From: an uncultured Gemmatimonadales bacterium
Lineage (GTDB): Bacteria > Gemmatimonadota > Gemmatimonadetes > Gemmatimonadales > Gemmatimonadaceae
Direction of reading: 5' to 3'
Assembly (NCBI GenBank): GCA_963793305.1
Contig: CAWBZV010000005.1
Span: forward strand, 1,440,001-1,504,000
Length of the DNA stretch: 64,000 nucleotides
A program made the translations under genes and the position numbers. Of this stretch, positions 62,642 through 64,000 are shown piece by piece (position 1 is the stretch's first letter; every line of letters starts with the position of its first letter). The notes beneath the pieces are model-generated. The model did not search any database and had not been told where the DNA came from. It saw nothing but the letters and a program-made list of their open reading frames with translations.

Positions 62642-64000
62642 ATGGCGCTGTGGGGCGCGCTCGCGATTGGGATACTCCCTCAGTTCGCATCCGTCGTCGG
62701 CCTCGCCGTCGACAGCTTGCGGGGCGGACCGATGGCCGAGGCCATCGTGGTCGTGAGCGATGGCGGCGGGCGACAGGCGACGACCGACGCCGCCGGCCGG
62801 TTCCGGATCGACAGCATTCCGCCGGGCGTCCATCGGGTCGCGCTCTTCCATCCGCTCCTGGACGCGCTCGGGTTCAGCGTCGCGTCATTGCCGATCTCGT
62901 TCACGAGTGGCGATACCGTCCGTCTCACGATCGCGACGCCCTCAGCGACCGCACTGCTTCGGCGTATCTGCACCGTGGATACCGCCGTCGCGGGCCTCCA
63001 ACCGACGGCGATCATTGGTACCGTGCTCGGTGAGGCCGAGGGTGACACGGTGACGCTCGAGTGGAAGCAAGTCGACGCCAGCAAGCGCCACGGCGTGATC
63101 GAGCGCACCATGAGCCGTCAGGTCACGAGCGGCGCCGATGGACGATTCCGCGTCTGCAGCCCACCCGGCGTCACACAGGGAAGACTCCGCGCGATGCGGG
63201 CCGACGCCGCCACCGGCTGGATGTCGGTCGAGCTCTCGCGCGGCGGTGTGCTGCTGCCGACTCTGCATCTCGTGCAGGCCTCACACACGGGCCGCGCGAT
63301 CGGCCAGGTGGTGGGACCGCATCGCGAGACGGTGCCGGGCGCGACCGTCGAGGTGGCCGATGCCGATACCCGAACGACCACGGACGACAACGGCAAGTTC
63401 GTGCTCGCCGCCTTGCCCGAGGGCACGCAGACGCTGGCCGTGAGAGCCGCGGGCTACGCGCCGACCACGATGGTCGTGGAGCTCGCGGCGGCGACACCGT
63501 GGCAGGGCACCGTACAACTGGGGCCCGCGCCACCGGTCCTCTCGACGGTGCATATTCTCGCGCAACGACTCGCGCCGGCCTATGACGCCGTTGGCTTCAA
63601 CGAGCGACGGCGCCGCGGCATCGGCACGTTCATGGACATCGAGGATATCGACCGCAAGCATCCGCTCAACGCCACCGACGTGTTCGAATCGGTGCCGGGT
63701 CTGTACGTCGACCACTCGTTCCACCCACCGATCATCATGGGAAGCCGCGGGCACTCCAGCGTGATGGGCGCCAGCGGCGTGTGCGTGAATTTGTATGTGG
63801 ACGGCCACCGCGAGTACTTGGAGGCCCCGGCGGATACCGGAAACATGGGCCGTGCCGAGAGCGCGTTCCTGCCGCTCGACATCGAGAAGTACATCGACGT
63901 GTCGGACATCGCCGCCGTCGAGGTCTACAACTCCGAGGAGCTCCCGCCCCAATTCGAGCGCGTCGGCGACGCCTGTCAGACGATCATCATCTGGACCAAA
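62642..64000 (+). CDS. Secreted carboxypeptidase-regulatory-like/TonB-plug-like protein, runs off the window end; paralog of 49881-50970
   Basis: Hand-read open frame MALWGALAIG...TTDAAGRFRIDSIPPG...GFNERRRRGIG...IAAVEVY...CQTIIIWTK. Confidence 0.8.
   Translation, partial: MALWGALAIGILPQFASVVGLAVDSLRGGPMAEAIVVVSDGGGRQATTDAAGRFRIDSIPPGVHRVALFHPLLDALGFSVASLPISFTSGDTVRLTIATPSATALLRRICTVDTAVAGLQPTAIIGTVLGEAEGDTVTLEWKQVDASKRHGVIERTMSRQVTSGADGRFRVCSPPGVTQGRLRAMRADAATGWMSVELSRGGVLLPTLHLVQASHTGRAIGQVVGPHRETVPGATVEVADADTRTTTDDNGKFVLAALPEGTQTLAVRAAGYAPTTMVVELAAATPWQGTVQLGPAPPVLSTVHILAQRLAPAYDAVGFNERRRRGIGTFMDIEDIDRKHPLNATDVFESVPGLYVDHSFHPPIIMGSRGHSSVMGASGVCVNLYVDGHREYLEAPADTGNMGRAESAFLPLDIEKYIDVSDIAAVEVYNSEELPPQFERVGDACQTIIIWTK

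Noticed and set aside
1..64000. tRNA or rRNA genes, integrase or transposase
   Set aside because: None recognised by eye. A tRNAscan, Rfam or HMM run would be needed to exclude them fully.

Overview
GC-rich bacterial chromosomal window. Gene order and protein families suggest Gemmatimonadota (inference). The housekeeping backbone runs trpA, MCP, folB-folK-panB-panC, rlmN, aspS-phoH-HD-ybeY-2xCNNM, a meaB/acyl-CoA mutase/carboxyltransferase/AtuA cluster, U32, recQ, acyl-CoA dehydrogenase, rng, rplU-rpmA, amidohydrolases, an ECF sigma module, TPR, DapA-like and agmatinase-like genes. Two accessory regions interrupt it. The first is a small toxin-antitoxin patch (2.5-4.3 kb). The second is a ~16.2 kb integrase-less island (27991-44198) bounded by imperfect 58-bp direct repeats. 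It carries an AraC gene, a signal-peptide Rhs/YD protein, an N-truncated second Rhs with a TreTu-like ADP-ribosyltransferase tip plus candidate immunity gene, and TA remnants in nested duplications. The most novel signal is a ~72-75 bp double-hairpin element found three times: once at the trpA 3' end and twice inserted in frame inside unrelated enzyme genes (meaB, agmatinase-like). About 15 single-base frameshifts in otherwise intact genes look like sequencing errors. All family calls are from motif recognition, not database searches.
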